Counted from the first letter of the stretch, positions 23,246 through 37,988 are shown. The stretch: 64,000 bases of DNA from Albugo candida (GCA_040437565.1 JBDOQK010000036.1:186001-250000), one strand, 5' to 3'. The notes: generated by a model from the sequence alone, not told the origin. Translations and numbers: made by a program.

Positions 23246-24529
23246 ATGTCTCCTCACACGTATTATGACTTTGCATGGGAAAAAGGTCTTCTTAAGCTGC
23301 ATTTCACACCTAACGAAGATGACCTTCCGGTGATCTGTAATATAGACAAGAAGGAGATCGAAACAACGTCTTCATCCCTTCCCCTCGATGCTTGTATTGG
23401 TGATATTTTGATCGCTTATCAGAGTAATACAACGCAAATGTCTTCGTCCATCGCAGTCTTTCGAGACTTTAAGCACGCATTACGGATTCTTCAGACGAGT
23501 AGTTTCCCAATCACATTACGCTTTCGTTCTCGTCGTAATGACGTACCGCCAGCGATTTTAGACGAGTCTATGAGGAACATCAAATCAAATGGATTTGTCG
23601 AGCAGCTTATTGTGTATACATGGGAGAAATCTCATTCTTCATTGGGTCTATCATTCTCTTACGACCCCTGTTCGCTACATACAGTTATTGTGAACATCGA
23701 TCCATTAAAATTCTCGACGTCAAATGATGGGAATTCCAAGCCAGAGACCGGAGATTTCTTGGTTGCTTTATTACCGCTTGATTCGAAGAATGAATGCGAA
23801 CGTGCGATCCGCACAGATACAATGCATTTTCACGGTGTTGTGAGTTTACTACGCGCAGTGTCCAAGCCGTGTCAGCTAATGTTTGCTCGTTTACAAATCA
23901 ATGATACCACATGCGGAGACGAACAAGAAATCAAAGACATTCGGAACACTTCTCCATGTAGCTTGACGCAGCATACAGCACAAGTAAAATCCTCGTTTGG
24001 TGATACTCGTGAATCGAAACACTCGAGAACGAGGACTGGTGGGCATGAGCGTCAGTGTGATGCACGGAATTCTATACATGCTCTGCATAAGCGTAAAAGC
24101 TTTATGATAAAGGCAGAGTCTAACGGTTCTTTTGATCAAGTACATTCCGATAAAGACAGACAGCCTCTCTCAAATTCCGATAAGGACGAAAGCAAATACT
24201 ACGAGTTTCAATTCTCTGGTGGCGAGTTACCCTTCACATTGGAAGATGATGAATCAAGCACTCACACAGGAAATGCAGAAAGCGATCAAGCGTATCATGC
24301 TTCCATCAAAGGCGTACGTCACGCTTCTGTAACAGTACCATTTTCTGAAGGAGATGTGCTTATTGGAATGGATCGTCAGGATCTTCGGGGTGTTTCTGTG
24401 CAACAAGTTTTGAACCAACTACAGCTAATTCGATCCCCGACGAGACTTGTTTTCTTCAGAAGAGCCAAGAAACGCAATGTGTCCATTACTGCCGCACTCG
24501 CGGACGCCTTCATGCTCTTTCTGATTTGA
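23246..24529 (+). CDS. Hypothetical protein with three degenerate PDZ-like modules
   Basis: Three units each with a beta-start, GD(I/F/V)L(I/V) and a helix followed by P..L.F.R (FPITLRFR, KPCQLMFAR, SPTRLVFFR). Confidence 0.7.
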   Translation: MSPHTYYDFAWEKGLLKLHFTPNEDDLPVICNIDKKEIETTSSSLPLDACIGDILIAYQSNTTQMSSSIAVFRDFKHALRILQTSSFPITLRFRSRRNDVPPAILDESMRNIKSNGFVEQLIVYTWEKSHSSLGLSFSYDPCSLHTVIVNIDPLKFSTSNDGNSKPETGDFLVALLPLDSKNECERAIRTDTMHFHGVVSLLRAVSKPCQLMFARLQINDTTCGDEQEIKDIRNTSPCSLTQHTAQVKSSFGDTRESKHSRTRTGGHERQCDARNSIHALHKRKSFMIKAESNGSFDQVHSDKDRQPLSNSDKDESKYYEFQFSGGELPFTLEDDESSTHTGNAESDQAYHASIKGVRHASVTVPFSEGDVLIGMDRQDLRGVSVQQVLNQLQLIRSPTRLVFFRRAKKRNVSITAALADAFMLFLI

Positions 24530-25632
24530 TGAGCTGTGTGTGAAGCGAGAAAGGATAAGGCTTATAGAGGCAAATTCCAGTTCCAAGGTATGTGTATTGT
24601 TGTATAGCTCTCAGATGTAAAGACTCGCCGCAAATACGACATCTCGCTTGATTGTTTCCGAGGCGATTTCCATTTTCCGATACAAAATAGGATCACCGAT
24701 GATACGTGCTGCATTTCGTACCTTTCGGCACAGCTCTTGGAGACGTGTGATGCACCGCACGATGGATCCTTCAGCAATATCTGTGAGCTCACAAATCGAC
24801 TTGAAAGGCATTCCACGAGACCATTCATATACAACTTCGACGAGTCCAAAATTGAGCGAGTTCTCGTAAGCATTTTTTCGATCGATTACGACCTGTTGCT
24901 CCAGCTGAATCACATCCAGTGAATCGGCGATTAGCTCCATTTGTTCTCGTGCATTTTCGAGTCGCTCAGTGAGCATTGGCGTATGCTGTGATTTNNNNNN
25001 NNNNNNNNNNNNNNNNNNNNNNNNNNNNNNNNNNNNNNNNNNNNNNNNNNNNNNNNNNNNNNNNNNNNNNNNNNNNNNNNNNNNNNNNNNNNNNCAGAAG
25101 AGCCAAGAAACGCAATGTGTCCATTACTGCCGCACTCGCGGACGCCTTCATGCTCTTTCTGATTTGATGAGCTGTGTGTGAAGCGAGAAAGGATAAGGCT
25201 TATAGAGGCAAATTCCAGTTCCAAGGTATGTGTATTGTTGTATAGCTCTCAGATGTAAAGACTCGCCGCAAATACGACATCTCGCTTGATTGTTTCCGAG
25301 GCGATTTCCATTTTCCGATACAAAATAGGATCACCGATGATACGTGCTGCATTTCGTACCTTTCGGCACAGCTCTTGGAGACGTGTGATGCACCGCACGA
25401 TGGATCCTTCAGCAATATCTGTGAGCTCACAAATCGACTTGAAAGGCATTCCACGAGACCATTCATATACAACTTCGACGAGTCCAAAATTGAGCGAGTT
25501 CTCGTAAGCATTTTTTCGATCGATTACGACCTGTTGCTCCAGCTGAATCACATCCAGTGAATCGGCGATTAGCTCCATTTGTTCTCGTGCATTTTCGAGT
25601 CGCTCAGTGAGCATTGGCGTATGCTGTGATTT
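24457..25632. repeat. Gap-flanking duplication 24457-24994 / 25095-25632; assembly overlap
   Basis: Duplicates the 3' ends of the PDZ-like gene and SKI2 around gap 24995-25094. Confidence 0.9.
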
Positions 25633-28600
25633 CTCCTGGAAAATCAGTGCTGATAAAACTGCGACAATTTCTTCGGGCTCCAAGTCGGCTAATGCATTCT
25701 CAAATATCATCTCTGTCAGTTGTAGCTCATCACAGCTGCTGATTTCGCAGGCGACACGGCCTTTGAGCTGTACGACCAAGTCAGCCGATAAATAGCCAAG
25801 ACGTTTGAGGACTCGTAAGCGTTGTTGGAAATCGGGGAAGAGCGATAATGAGTCGCTAGATAGCATCAATTTGAGCTGGGCGGATGCTCGCTCAATTGTT
25901 CCAATTTTCCTGATGACTTGGAGCGCTTGGGCTTGACGTGTCACCTGCAATTTCTCTGCATTTGAAGTCGCCTCCCGACAATATACAGTCAATGGATGCG
26001 TCTCAATATGGTGATCCAATTGCTTCCAACGCGCGTGAATGCTTGCTACTTCCAAATCATTGCATCCCAGATCTCGTAAAGGGTCCAAAAAGGGTGGAGT
26101 ATTGCCAGCATCATCGAATGTGTTCCCCTTTGAATTCCATTCTTTAAGGAATTCGATGCAGGCTCCGAGTTCTCTCGCTAAAGACGACGCAGTCAGAGAC
26201 CGGAAGTCGATGTCTGCCGCAGTAGTGGGAGTCAGAATGCTCACACATGTTGCAGGGACACTGAGAATTGCGTATTTGAAACCCATCATTTTCCCCGTAA
26301 CATTAGATTCCAGCGGCTTTGACGGTGCTACTGCCTTGGACCCTCTCATCATCGAGGACAGATTCTCATCCATACTGCTTCGTTTTTTTCCTTGTGTCGC
26401 TGAAGATCGAATTGCTTCTTGATGGTCTGTCTGTGGGATCTCATATTCCTCCGAACAAAGGCATAGAATCGTCAACAGTAATCTGTTCAAAGTACCATCG
26501 TCGCCATCGATGGAGATTTCAGCGCCTTCTTCCGCATTCAGAATCAAAGCCGCATGGTGTGGTGGAAGACCTCGCACGTTGATCGAGACAACTCTTCCTC
26601 TACAAAAGGCAGAGCGTACGATTCGAGAGTCTTTGCTCACCAGTAAGATATCCAACAGCTCCTTTTCAACCTCTTCTTTGCGACACTGAAGCTCGTGAAG
26701 ATTCTTGAGATCTTCTAGAGTCCCTGATTTCTTCAAATCCTCGAAATCTTTCTCAAACTTTCCAAGAAGATGATGTTTTCTGTGTTGAAGCTTTTGTATC
26801 TTCAGTGGTATCTCTTGATTCGCCAAGTGCTTTTGCGTCCGAAATTCCGAAAATGAACGCTTCATCATGTCTTCCACAGTCAAAACCTCCACACGAAGTA
26901 AGCTCAAGATCATATTGTACGTCAATCGGAATTGGCTTGTCAATCGCAAGGCACTTCCAGTCAGCATTGACTGGAGACAACTGAGGTCAGGAAGGTTGGC
27001 TTCTTGCCAGCATGGAATGATCACGGTTCCCACGGTATCCAAACCGCGCCGACCTGCACGACCAGCCATTTGTGTGTACTCTCCAGGTAAAAGCTCACGA
27101 TACACTTTCCCATCATGCTTGTAAAGTCCATTGAATACCACTGTTCGAGCCGGCATGTTCACGCCCATTGCAAATGTTTCCGTAGCAAAAAGGACCCGCA
27201 CTAACCCGCGTGCAAATAGAATTTCCACAAGCTCTTTCAGTATTGGAAGTAGTCCACCGTGATGGATACCGATGCCGCGTTGGAGCATACTCTTTATATT
27301 CAGTACCTGTGGCAGTTCTCGATCGGAACCTTGTAGTCTTTGCTTGATGGAGTGTTCCAGAAATACGTGAATTTGAGATCTTTCGGTGCTGTTTGCGCAA
27401 AAATCAAAATTTCTCAATTTCTCGGCGCTTTCTTGGCATACGCGTTTGCTGAATGCGAAAATGACGGCAGGTAGCAAGGACTTTGTCTGTAGAACATTAA
27501 TAAATTTGGTCCAATCGCTATGATCGCCACTGGATGCTCGCGTGGAATGTCCGGATCGAGAAGGTTGGATAGCACGCGTCGATCGCTTTCCATCGTGGCG
27601 TTTTTTATCATTGGGAATCTCACCGCGTAGTAGCGCCTGTGCGGCTTTGTATTCCTTCAGAATAAAACCTTCGGTGACGTTCTCTCCATCCAATATTCTG
27701 TGAAACTTTTTATTTGTGTAGATGTGATGCTGTAAAGGAATGGGTCGATGCAACGTCGAGACAACATGGATTTTTTTCTGCTTGATCCGGCCTATCCAGT
27801 CGGAAAATTCCAAGTGATTGGGTGTGGTGGCCGACAAGAAGACCATCCCGATATGATGCGGGAGCATGATGATAACTTCTTCCCACACAGCTCCACGTTC
27901 AGAGTCATTGATATAATGTATCTCATCGAAAATAACCCACTCGANNNNNNNNNNNNNNNNNNNNNNNNNNNNNNNNNNNNNNNNNNNNNNNNNNNNNNNN
28001 NNNNNNNNNNNNNNNNNNNNNNNNNNNNNNNNNNNNNNNNNNNNAAGCTCAAGATCATATTGTACGTCAATCGGAATTGGCTTGTCAATCGCAAGGCACT
28101 TCCAGTCAGCATTGACTGGAGACAACTGAGGTCAGGAAGGTTGGCTTCTTGCCAGCATGGAATGATCACGGTTCCCACGGTATCCAAACCGCGCCGACCT
28201 GCACGACCAGCCATTTGTGTGTACTCTCCAGGTAAAAGCTCACGATACACTTTCCCATCATGCTTGTAAAGTCCATTGAATACCACTGTTCGAGCCGGCA
28301 TGTTCACGCCCATTGCAAATGTTTCCGTAGCAAAAAGGACCCGCACTAACCCGCGTGCAAATAGAATTTCCACAAGCTCTTTCAGTATTGGAAGTAGTCC
28401 ACCGTGATGGATACCGATGCCGCGTTGGAGCATACTCTTTATATTCAGTACCTGTGGCAGTTCTCGATCGGAACCTTGTAGTCTTTGCTTGATGGAGTGT
28501 TCCAGAAATACGTGAATTTGAGATCTTTCGGTGCTGTTTGCGCAAAAATCAAAATTTCTCAATTTCTCGGCGCTTTCTTGGCATACGCGTTTGCTGAATG

Positions 28601-30695
28601 CGAAAATGACGGCAGGTAGCAAGGACTTTGTCTGTAGAACATTAATAAATTTGGTCCAATCGCTATGATCGCCACTGGATGCTCGCGTGGAATGTCCGGA
28701 TCGAGAAGGTTGGATAGCACGCGTCGATCGCTTTCCATCGTGGCGTTTTTTATCATTGGGAATCTCACCGCGTAGTAGCGCCTGTGCGGCTTTGTATTCC
28801 TTCAGAATAAAACCTTCGGTGACGTTCTCTCCATCCAATATTCTGTGAAACTTTTTATTTGTGTAGATGTGATGCTGTAAAGGAATGGGTCGATGCAACG
28901 TCGAGACAACATGGATTTTTTTCTGCTTGATCCGGCCTATCCAGTCGGAAAATTCCAAGTGATTGGGTGTGGTGGCCGACAAGAAGACCATCCCGATATG
29001 ATGCGGGAGCATGATGATAACTTCTTCCCACACAGCTCCACGTTCAGAGTCATTGATATAATGTATCTCATCGAAAATAACCCACTCGATATCTCGAATC
29101 ATATCGGCGCCAAGATAGAGCATGGACCGTAAGATTTCTGTGGTCATTATCAAACAGCTCGCTTCCGGATTGATTGATACATCACCGGTGATCAAGCCAA
29201 CCTGATCCACACCAAATTTGTCTCGAAAGTCTCGATACTTTTGGTTCGACAATGCTTTGATCGGTGATGTGTATACTGATCGAGTCATATGCTTTTGTGA
29301 CAATGCAATCGCGTATTCAGCAATGACGGTTTTTCCAGCTGATGTATGTGCTGCTACGAATACGTTCTCGTGATTTTCCAAGTGTATAACGGAGCGTTTC
29401 TGAAATGTATCCAGCTCAAAGGGATAGCTAATTGCAGGCCGCGAAATCTTGCTGTGAAAATTGGAAACACTCACATCAGAAAGAACAGCCCAATCTATCG
29501 TCTGAGTTCGCTTCTGATCTTGTGAGAGTTGAAGCATGCTTCCAGGCGACAATAGATCTGCCAGATCTTCGTCTTCTATTCCATTCTCAGCTTGTTCTTC
29601 TACCTCCAAACGTTGTTCTTTTGTTTGTGAGTTGGTATCAGGAATTGTTGGAGACCCAATTTCTTCTTGCTCGACTTCGTCTTCCTCGTCTGTATCGAGA
29701 AGATCCGCTAGTCTAACGGTTGTCGTCAATTGATTTGGTGAATTATTGGCAGCAGATTTCCGTCCTTGTATGATGTCTCTATGTTTCTTCTGATTGACTC
29801 TTTGATACAAGCTCTCCAGACGACACGAGTCGGATGCGATCTCCTTGTATGGACCCAGCACTTTGTCATCATTCTTGGCGACACCAACCACAATTTTCTC
29901 CTCAATCCCACCAAACTTAGAGCTCTCTTCTTCACCAGCACCTTCTTTCGGCTGTTTCATTGTCAAAAGCTCTGACACATCTTCAAAAGTCAAACAATCT
30001 GGAAGCCCTGGAGCGTTTATTATGAGACTTTTCATGCTTTCCTGTAGCCCATACTCATCGATTTTTATACCCAAAGCAATAGCATCCAACTCTCCCTGAA
30101 GCTTCTCATCAACAATTTCATCAACTTTCTTCATTTTTGCAGAGATATTCTGTCCATTTTGTCCTCGAGTATACTTTTCGACAAGTGCAGCTCTTGATGT
30201 ACAATTGGATGTAAATTGATTGGAATTCTCCACAGGCTTTAACATTCGATACTCATACTGGAGATTGAGTGGATTTTCAATCAACTGAGAAACACAAGGA
30301 CGCAGACCCATTGTGGATCTCGGTATAGGTAGCTGTGGCAGTGTGCGTGAGGTAGGCAATGTCGGGCAATTAATATCGTCTATTGAGGCGAACAGAAACA
30401 TATTTTGTTTCGTCTCACACTCCATTGGATGCATTTCATGAGCAATAACGTGCTTTAGTGCATCATTTAAAAGCTCAGGACGATGAATTTCCGACTCGGA
30501 GTGTGGAATAGTTGCTAGTTCGAAATTGGACGCTGTTTTCTCTTGATGTTGTGTTACTGAGTAACATTGTTCTGCAGAAACGGATGACGTTGAGATCAAT
30601 CGCTTAGTCTGTTGTGAAGTAATTGGTATGCTTTCGATTTCGGAAGAGCTTTTCAACTGGCGCAAAAGCTCATCGATTCCATTGATCGAAGACAT
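25249..30695 (-). CDS. SKI2: SKI2 DExH-box RNA helicase (~1433 aa after removing the duplication at gap 27945-28044)
   Basis: VFVAAHTSAGKT, YTSPIKALSNQKY, FDEIHY, LSAT, GIHHGGLLPILKE, FATETFAMGVNMPA, QMAGRAGRRG and DSHCT end IKRDVVFAASLY. The merged length is divisible by three. Confidence 0.95.
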
Positions 30696-30814
30696 TGTTC
30701 AATTCAATGAATTGGTGGATAATTGTAAACTCGGAAGCTATAGGTGCTCATTTATGAGAGCGTAGAATGCGTTAAAAAAGTTTAAAAATGTGTGCTTTGT
30801 CACTCTATTTGTTC

Positions 30815-31270
30815 TTATGTATGTGTCAATCTCCTCGTAGGCGTACTACTGACATTGAGTGCCGTCAAATTCGCCATCAAAACTTTTACTTCATCGATAA
30901 CCTTCAGTTTGTAGCACGTGTCTTCAAATTCCGAGGCCAGCAAAAACAAATTGAAGCGTTTGAACGATGGTAGCAACAAACTGCAATTCGGTAGTTGAGT
31001 GTTTTTCAACGCACCAATACCTTCGTGGCAAGCTGGAGTCGAACACATCTTCTTCGTTTCTTCCGCGGTCGGGATGGTGGTCGCTCTGCGTACGTCGTAA
31101 CCAGTCACATACCCACATGCTGTGAGTGAAGATCTATGCCATGGAGAAAACGCAAGTCGCATGTAAGAAACAAGATTGTCCACAAAACTACAACGAAATT
31201 CTTGAGGTTGCTCAGCAGCCAGTACGAGATGGGAAACCATATAGATTCCGGGGATGGTTGGCAGCTGCAT
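30815..31270 (-). CDS. Elicitin-like secreted protein with short Ser/Thr tail
   Basis: Six Cys in elicitin spacing, including C...TGY.....IPT......MCSTPAC..G......LPNC.L...FNL...FEDTC. Confidence 0.85.
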   Translation of the reverse strand: MQLPTIPGIYMVSHLVLAAEQPQEFRCSFVDNLVSYMRLAFSPWHRSSLTACGYVTGYDVRRATTIPTAEETKKMCSTPACHEGIGALKNTQLPNCSLLLPSFKRFNLFLLASEFEDTCYKLKVIDEVKVLMANLTALNVSSTPTRRLTHT

Positions 31271-31509
31271 CGTACTCCTGACAATTTCAAAGTAGAGCCA
31301 CCAGGAGATTAGATTTTGTCGTTGATTCGCAAGATGTCGTGATGTCGTGACATTTTATAGTTACGAATGGGCGGCGTGGATTAAGACATTAAGAAAGTGA
31401 TTCAGTCCGATATTATAGTATAGCAATGGGTTGTTATCAACAAATGCATCAAGTTTAAGACGCAAACAGTTTATAACTTATGACTACTTACGCCTTGCTA
31501 TAAAATCGC

Positions 31510-32696
31510 TTACGCGTGAATCACAGCATTCTTGTTCAATTCCGACTCGAGTAAATGGAGTGCGCTATACAAAGGAATTCAAAACCAAAGACATACGAGA
31601 AGCGACGCGTGAAACAGCGGAAAAGTGTATGCGACGACGATGATCACGTACATCTTGAATGAGCTTGGAACGGGCCAGAATTTATTATTCATCTTCCTCG
31701 CAACCACATGCAACTGGGTCAGTCGAGGCTTTTCCGTAACGAATGCTCTAGATTCTTGTGCGATTTCCAAAGCAGTGGTGAATGAGAAAGTTAATCTGTT
31801 CCAATCTCGCTCATCCATAGATCCATTTTTCAACGATGAAGCAGAGACTTTAGATAAATTGTCGAGAATACCAGCAAGAAATAATCTGCGAGCGGACTGA
31901 TTCGGAACCTGTAGTCGCTGTGCCATCTCATACAAAGAGTAAAGCGATTGCGAGACTTCAGCCGGGCCTTGATGAGCTGTATCCACACATTCGCTCAACA
32001 CTTTTGGCTTTTGTTCATCCAATCCAGCTTCTTCTTGGGCATCTGCTAGACTCAAAAGAACTGCCTTGACTTTACTCTGTGTCTCCACTTGCTTTTTTGA
32101 TTTTGTACCCAACAGCTGCAGGAGGTCTTGAGTTTGATTTTGCTTTTGCTTTGAAAAATTTGACGATACATTTGTAGATGTGTTGCCTAAAACAAGAGCC
32201 TGATTACAGGTCACAACTTATTGAGCTTACCACAACAAATATGACCACTATTCCTTACAGATGCGCCACTTCCCTCCGCATTTGATGTAATTTGCTTTGA
32301 TCTTAATACCTTTGATTCTTCGACGTCATTATCCTACAATATGCGCTCTATACTCATAGCATACGGATCATAGGGAGAACCTAATTCTACCTTACAAGAC
32401 TTCTTTGCTTCGTCATGTGACGAGCGCGTAATTCGGTCGACTAATTGATGTGAAAGCTGACTTACACTTGATTCAATCACTTTTGTAACTGCTTCATCCT
32501 GATTCGCATCATCGCTCTTGAAATATCGACTTTTAATATTTTCCAACTCCCTTATACGCTCCCACGTTCCTATCGATGCTCGCAACTGCTTCTCTAATGT
32601 CCGCTATTCTTCCAGTAAAACATTTTCATAATGCTCTTTGAATTCATCCTTTGTAATCGCTAGTGATCCTATCAAACGTTCAACGAGTGCTTCCAT
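31510..32696 (-). CDS. Hypothetical multi-exon protein carrying an in-frame TAG at codon 31 (possible recent pseudogene)
   Basis: ATG 32696. In-frame GT-AG introns at ~32390-32334, 32258-32200 and ~31651-31565. Stop TAA 31512-31510; TAG at 32606-32604. Confidence 0.5.
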
Positions 32697-32847
32697 AAAC
32701 GCACGTCTGGCTGATGTGCCGATGAACGTTTTCGTTGCGTGAGCCCTGGTGTTAGGTGAAACTTAACTGTCGTTCGCTAATATAAGAAGAAAAGAGTGCA
32801 ATCGCACGAAATCGCTAAAACGTGCAAAGAGATATGTTCGAGAAGCA

Positions 32848-34405
<1,558 letters not shown>

Positions 34406-34495
34406 AGTATCACGATAAGAGGAAGCAAAAGCGACCAGAGCTATATTCCAAGTTTAGAAGTATGTAACGACTCTGGCAATGTGAATATGCCTTGG

Positions 34496-36584
34496 TTACC
34501 ACTCGGAAAAATTGCCAAATCCTCCAGTGTTCTTAGTCTTTCTTTTCTTGCTTTTCTGTTCCACGATCGATGGGGCTTTCACCACGTTACATTCAGCTTG
34601 CGGTTGATGCTCAGTCTTTGATTTTGCGGTGATCGTCTTCTTCATTTCATTGCTACCTTTTTTCTTTACTGCAACACTTTGCAAGTATTTTCCAACTACT
34701 TGTTCCACGCATTGCTTTGATTGCTTGTGTTGTCCCTGGGTGGAGAGGATTTGTTCAAAATTGTCACCGGCCTCACTGGAGTCTACAGCGACCCAATTTT
34801 CGCCAAGTTTGACAACGGAAGCGGAAAACGTTTTTTCCTTGCCAGCATTAAGCCTTTTTTCGCGTGCATCTACCACCGCGTCCCGACCATTAGCAAGTGC
34901 GTCTTCATAAAACCGGAAAGGATTCGTGAAAACATGGGCACGTTTGATTTTAATATCCTCCATCGGTCGATGATCTGCCGGTTGTGTTACAACTTTCTCA
35001 ATTCTATCCAATGTTGCAAAACCTCCAACAACATGACCAAAAACTGAGTGTTTTTTATCCAAGTGGGGACATGGACGAAATGTGATGAAAAACTGGGAAC
35101 GATTTGTGTCTGGGCCCGAATTCGCCATACTGATGATTCCACGGGCATCATGTGACTACAGTAAAAGTAATGATATTATGAGATTTGCTCATATTTTTTT
35201 TGATTTTTGGCGTCAGCGCTTACCAGTCGACTATCAATCTCATTGGAGAATGGTTTTTTCCAGATAGACTCTCCGCCAGTGCCTGTTCCTGTTGGATCGC
35301 CACCTTGCATCATAAAGCCAGGAATAACGCGATGGAACAATACACCGTTATAATAGTCTGCTTCACACAAGCTCATAAAATTGTCGGCAACGCGTGGAAC
35401 GAAATCGCAGTGTATCTCCATGTTAATATCTCCAAAATTAGTTTCAAGTCGAACAAATCCTTTTTCTTTCATTCTTCGTACAGCGTGCCATCGCATATCT
35501 AGTCTCTCTTGACCCGATATCTGTGCAGGTTTATTCTCCGTGATTGGAGCCAAGATACTGGAAGTGAATGAGCGTGACACAGTTCCTGTTGTGAATTTTG
35601 AATAGCGTAGCGTTTCAGGTTTAGGTACGCATTCTGCTTTGATTTCAGCCACGTCTGTTGATAATTGTGGAGCTTTTTGAGGCGAGTGATCCTTTAATTC
35701 TTCTTCTGCCAATTTTTCGTTTCGCTGCTTCAAATCATTTTCCATAATCTTCTTCTCTAAGCGTTTTGCTTCCAACTAAAGCCAAACTCATTTAAACTCA
35801 TCGTAATCGCATCAAGAACCATCTCACCTCTTGGAAGATCCGATCCGTTGCTGCATTGGTATTGATATTCTTGAGTCCGGGCGCAACCTCACCTTGCGTT
35901 AGCAGCCTGCTTTGAGCCTGAGCAGACTGACGCAAGTGTTGAAAGTTGACGATTTCACGATTGGTAAAGTTTTGCGGGTCCTGTAGTATTATAACATCTC
36001 TCCTTTTAAAGGGTTCTCCGGTTAATAGATCTTTCCAGTTCTTCGGCTTCAAATTGAGCTCATCGATGGCGTCTTGACTATAAACGTTCCCAGAGACGGC
36101 AATCGCCGTGATTTTCGTGTGATCGGTGAAAACTTTGTATGTCACCGGACAAAAGTACTCTCCTTTGTCGTTTTTGTAGAATTTCAAACGAATCAGATCC
36201 TTCAAGGTCAATGGCTCACCAGTGACTGGATTCTACACAAATCATTGAGCGAACGCCCGTGTTGTCGTACAAGGAGCTTCACGATACTGCTTACTTCTTA
36301 CAGTTTCATATGATTTCAGGTAAGGTACAATTGCTTCTAAATCGAATAAATGGCCCTCCCTTGTACAAACAGGCGTTTGAAAAGGACGGAGAGTTATGGC
36401 ACAATGATCGAACGGTAAACCTGCATGGAAAGACGCAATGAGCGAAAGAAGTACATTGCATAAGAGGATTATGATTTATACGTTTATAAGCTCGTCTTTG
36501 TTCGGTTTTCTTTCCCCCGTAGAGATACTTGTGCTCTGTTTGAGTGATGAAAAGTCGATCTTTGCTGTGCTGTTTCTTCCCCAT
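34496..36584 (-). CDS. PPIL2: U-box cyclophilin PPIL2/Cyp60, 5 exons
   Basis: [14 protein letters not shown] and U-box [27 protein letters not shown]. Cyclophilin domain [43 protein letters not shown]. Confidence 0.95.
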
Positions 36585-36651
36585 GTCGAATCAATGAATT
36601 TCAGCCAACCATATGTCATAACACAGCCCAAGAGCCAATCAATTTTGAGCA
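36585..36651. promoter_or_regulatory. 67-bp bidirectional promoter region between PPIL2 and PEX10 with two CCAAT-like boxes
   Basis: Divergent ATGs at 36584 and 36652; TTTCAGCCAACCA at 36599-36611 and AGCCAATCAA at 36633-36642. Confidence 0.65.
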
Positions 36652-37968
36652 ATGGCGTCGGTACAAAGCTTCTCGCTGGCGCGATCAGCAGCTGATCTTC
36701 TTTTAGCTGCTGAGAAGGACGTCTTGTATGAAGGAGAAGTAAGAAAGGGGTTGCAAAATGTGCTAGAAGGGGTTATCGGTCACCGCATTGTAGCGCAATT
36801 ATTGCCTGAAATATCCGCATTATCTTCATTCCTGTATTATTGTCTGTCCCTGCGGCTGCCATTTTGCTTGTCTTCACATCAAAACAATCATTTAACGTTT
36901 CAAACTCTCGGAGAAGAATGCTGCAATCTCATTCGAGTATCAGTGAAAGATCTCTCACGAACGACAGACGCTACGAACGAGCACAAACAGACGTACATTC
37001 CGATTGTCTCAACAAATATCAATTGTCGACTTTGGCTGTCACTAATCTGTGCGCATCTGTACAAATACGTCATAGAACGCTCACGTTTTGGGTGGCTCAA
37101 CCTGATGTATGTCAGAATGACACCGCGAGATCGCTTGGAACAGCAACGGCGCCAGCATCAGGAAGGAAGAGCATTAGGCTGCACAGGAAATCAAAGTGAC
37201 TCGGAAGAGCAACCTCCTCGTTCTCTCCCGGCACGTGCATCAATCCTTCTACTGAATCATCTGGATGCATGGAAAAACAAATTTCAAGCACGGTTGCGTG
37301 CTTTGGAAAGTGATAGCTCTGGATCTATCAACGCTCTTATCGAATGGTTCCGTCAATTTCATCTGGCAATCTTTTACATCACGGCAACATACCTGACCAT
37401 ACCCAACCGCTTATGCAAAATCCAGTATATATTTACTTCCGATCCGACACAATCCAATACCAGACAATCACGGCCCAATCTGTCAATTTTGGTGGGAAGA
37501 ATTCGCTTCTGGTCCGCATATGCATTTCGTTTTTGACATTCCAACATGCTTTCTTTCTAGGGATACATAGCATTGATTCGGCTTTCGGTTCCAGTAGTTG
37601 TCAAAACCACTCAAATTTTGAAGAAATGGAAGCACAGTAGAAAAGAAATGATCGAAGGAAAATCAGAGACGAGGTCTGTGGGCATTATGAGCTCTCGTGT
37701 ACAAGCACCCATGCGAGTGCCAAGCGCAAAACAAAGCCAAAAGAGTTTGACCAAAGATGGTCAAGATGAATCCGCGGTCCATCATCGAGTCCAGCGGAAA
37801 TGCGCGCTGTGCCTTGAGCCGAGAAAATCACCAGCAATAACGCCGTGTGGCCATGTCTTTTGCTGGGAGTGCATTGTTGGGTGGTGTCAAAAGAATCAAC
37901 CGAAGTGTCCATTATGTCGGCAAGAAGTACTTCCACAGCAAATTAGAAGTCTTTATGGGTACAACTGA
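36652..37968 (+). CDS. PEX10: Peroxin 10 RING E3 ligase; exons 36652-37491, 37561-37968
   Basis: AAEKD, QTLGEE, HLAIFYI..Y..I.NRL..IQY and C-terminal CALCLE..ITPCGHVFCWECIVGW..CPLCRQ. Confidence 0.9.
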
Positions 37969-37988
37969 AATGCGATAATACAGATGCC

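Noticed and set aside
24611-29089. Tandem SKI2 paralogs or fragments
   Set aside because: The copies look identical and abut 100-N gaps; merging gives one in-frame gene.
32334-32336. Second in-frame TAG suggesting stop-codon reassignment
   Set aside because: Best explained as the TTGTAG acceptor of a 57-nt phase-0 intron starting AAG|GTAGAA; other genes here use TAG as a normal stop.
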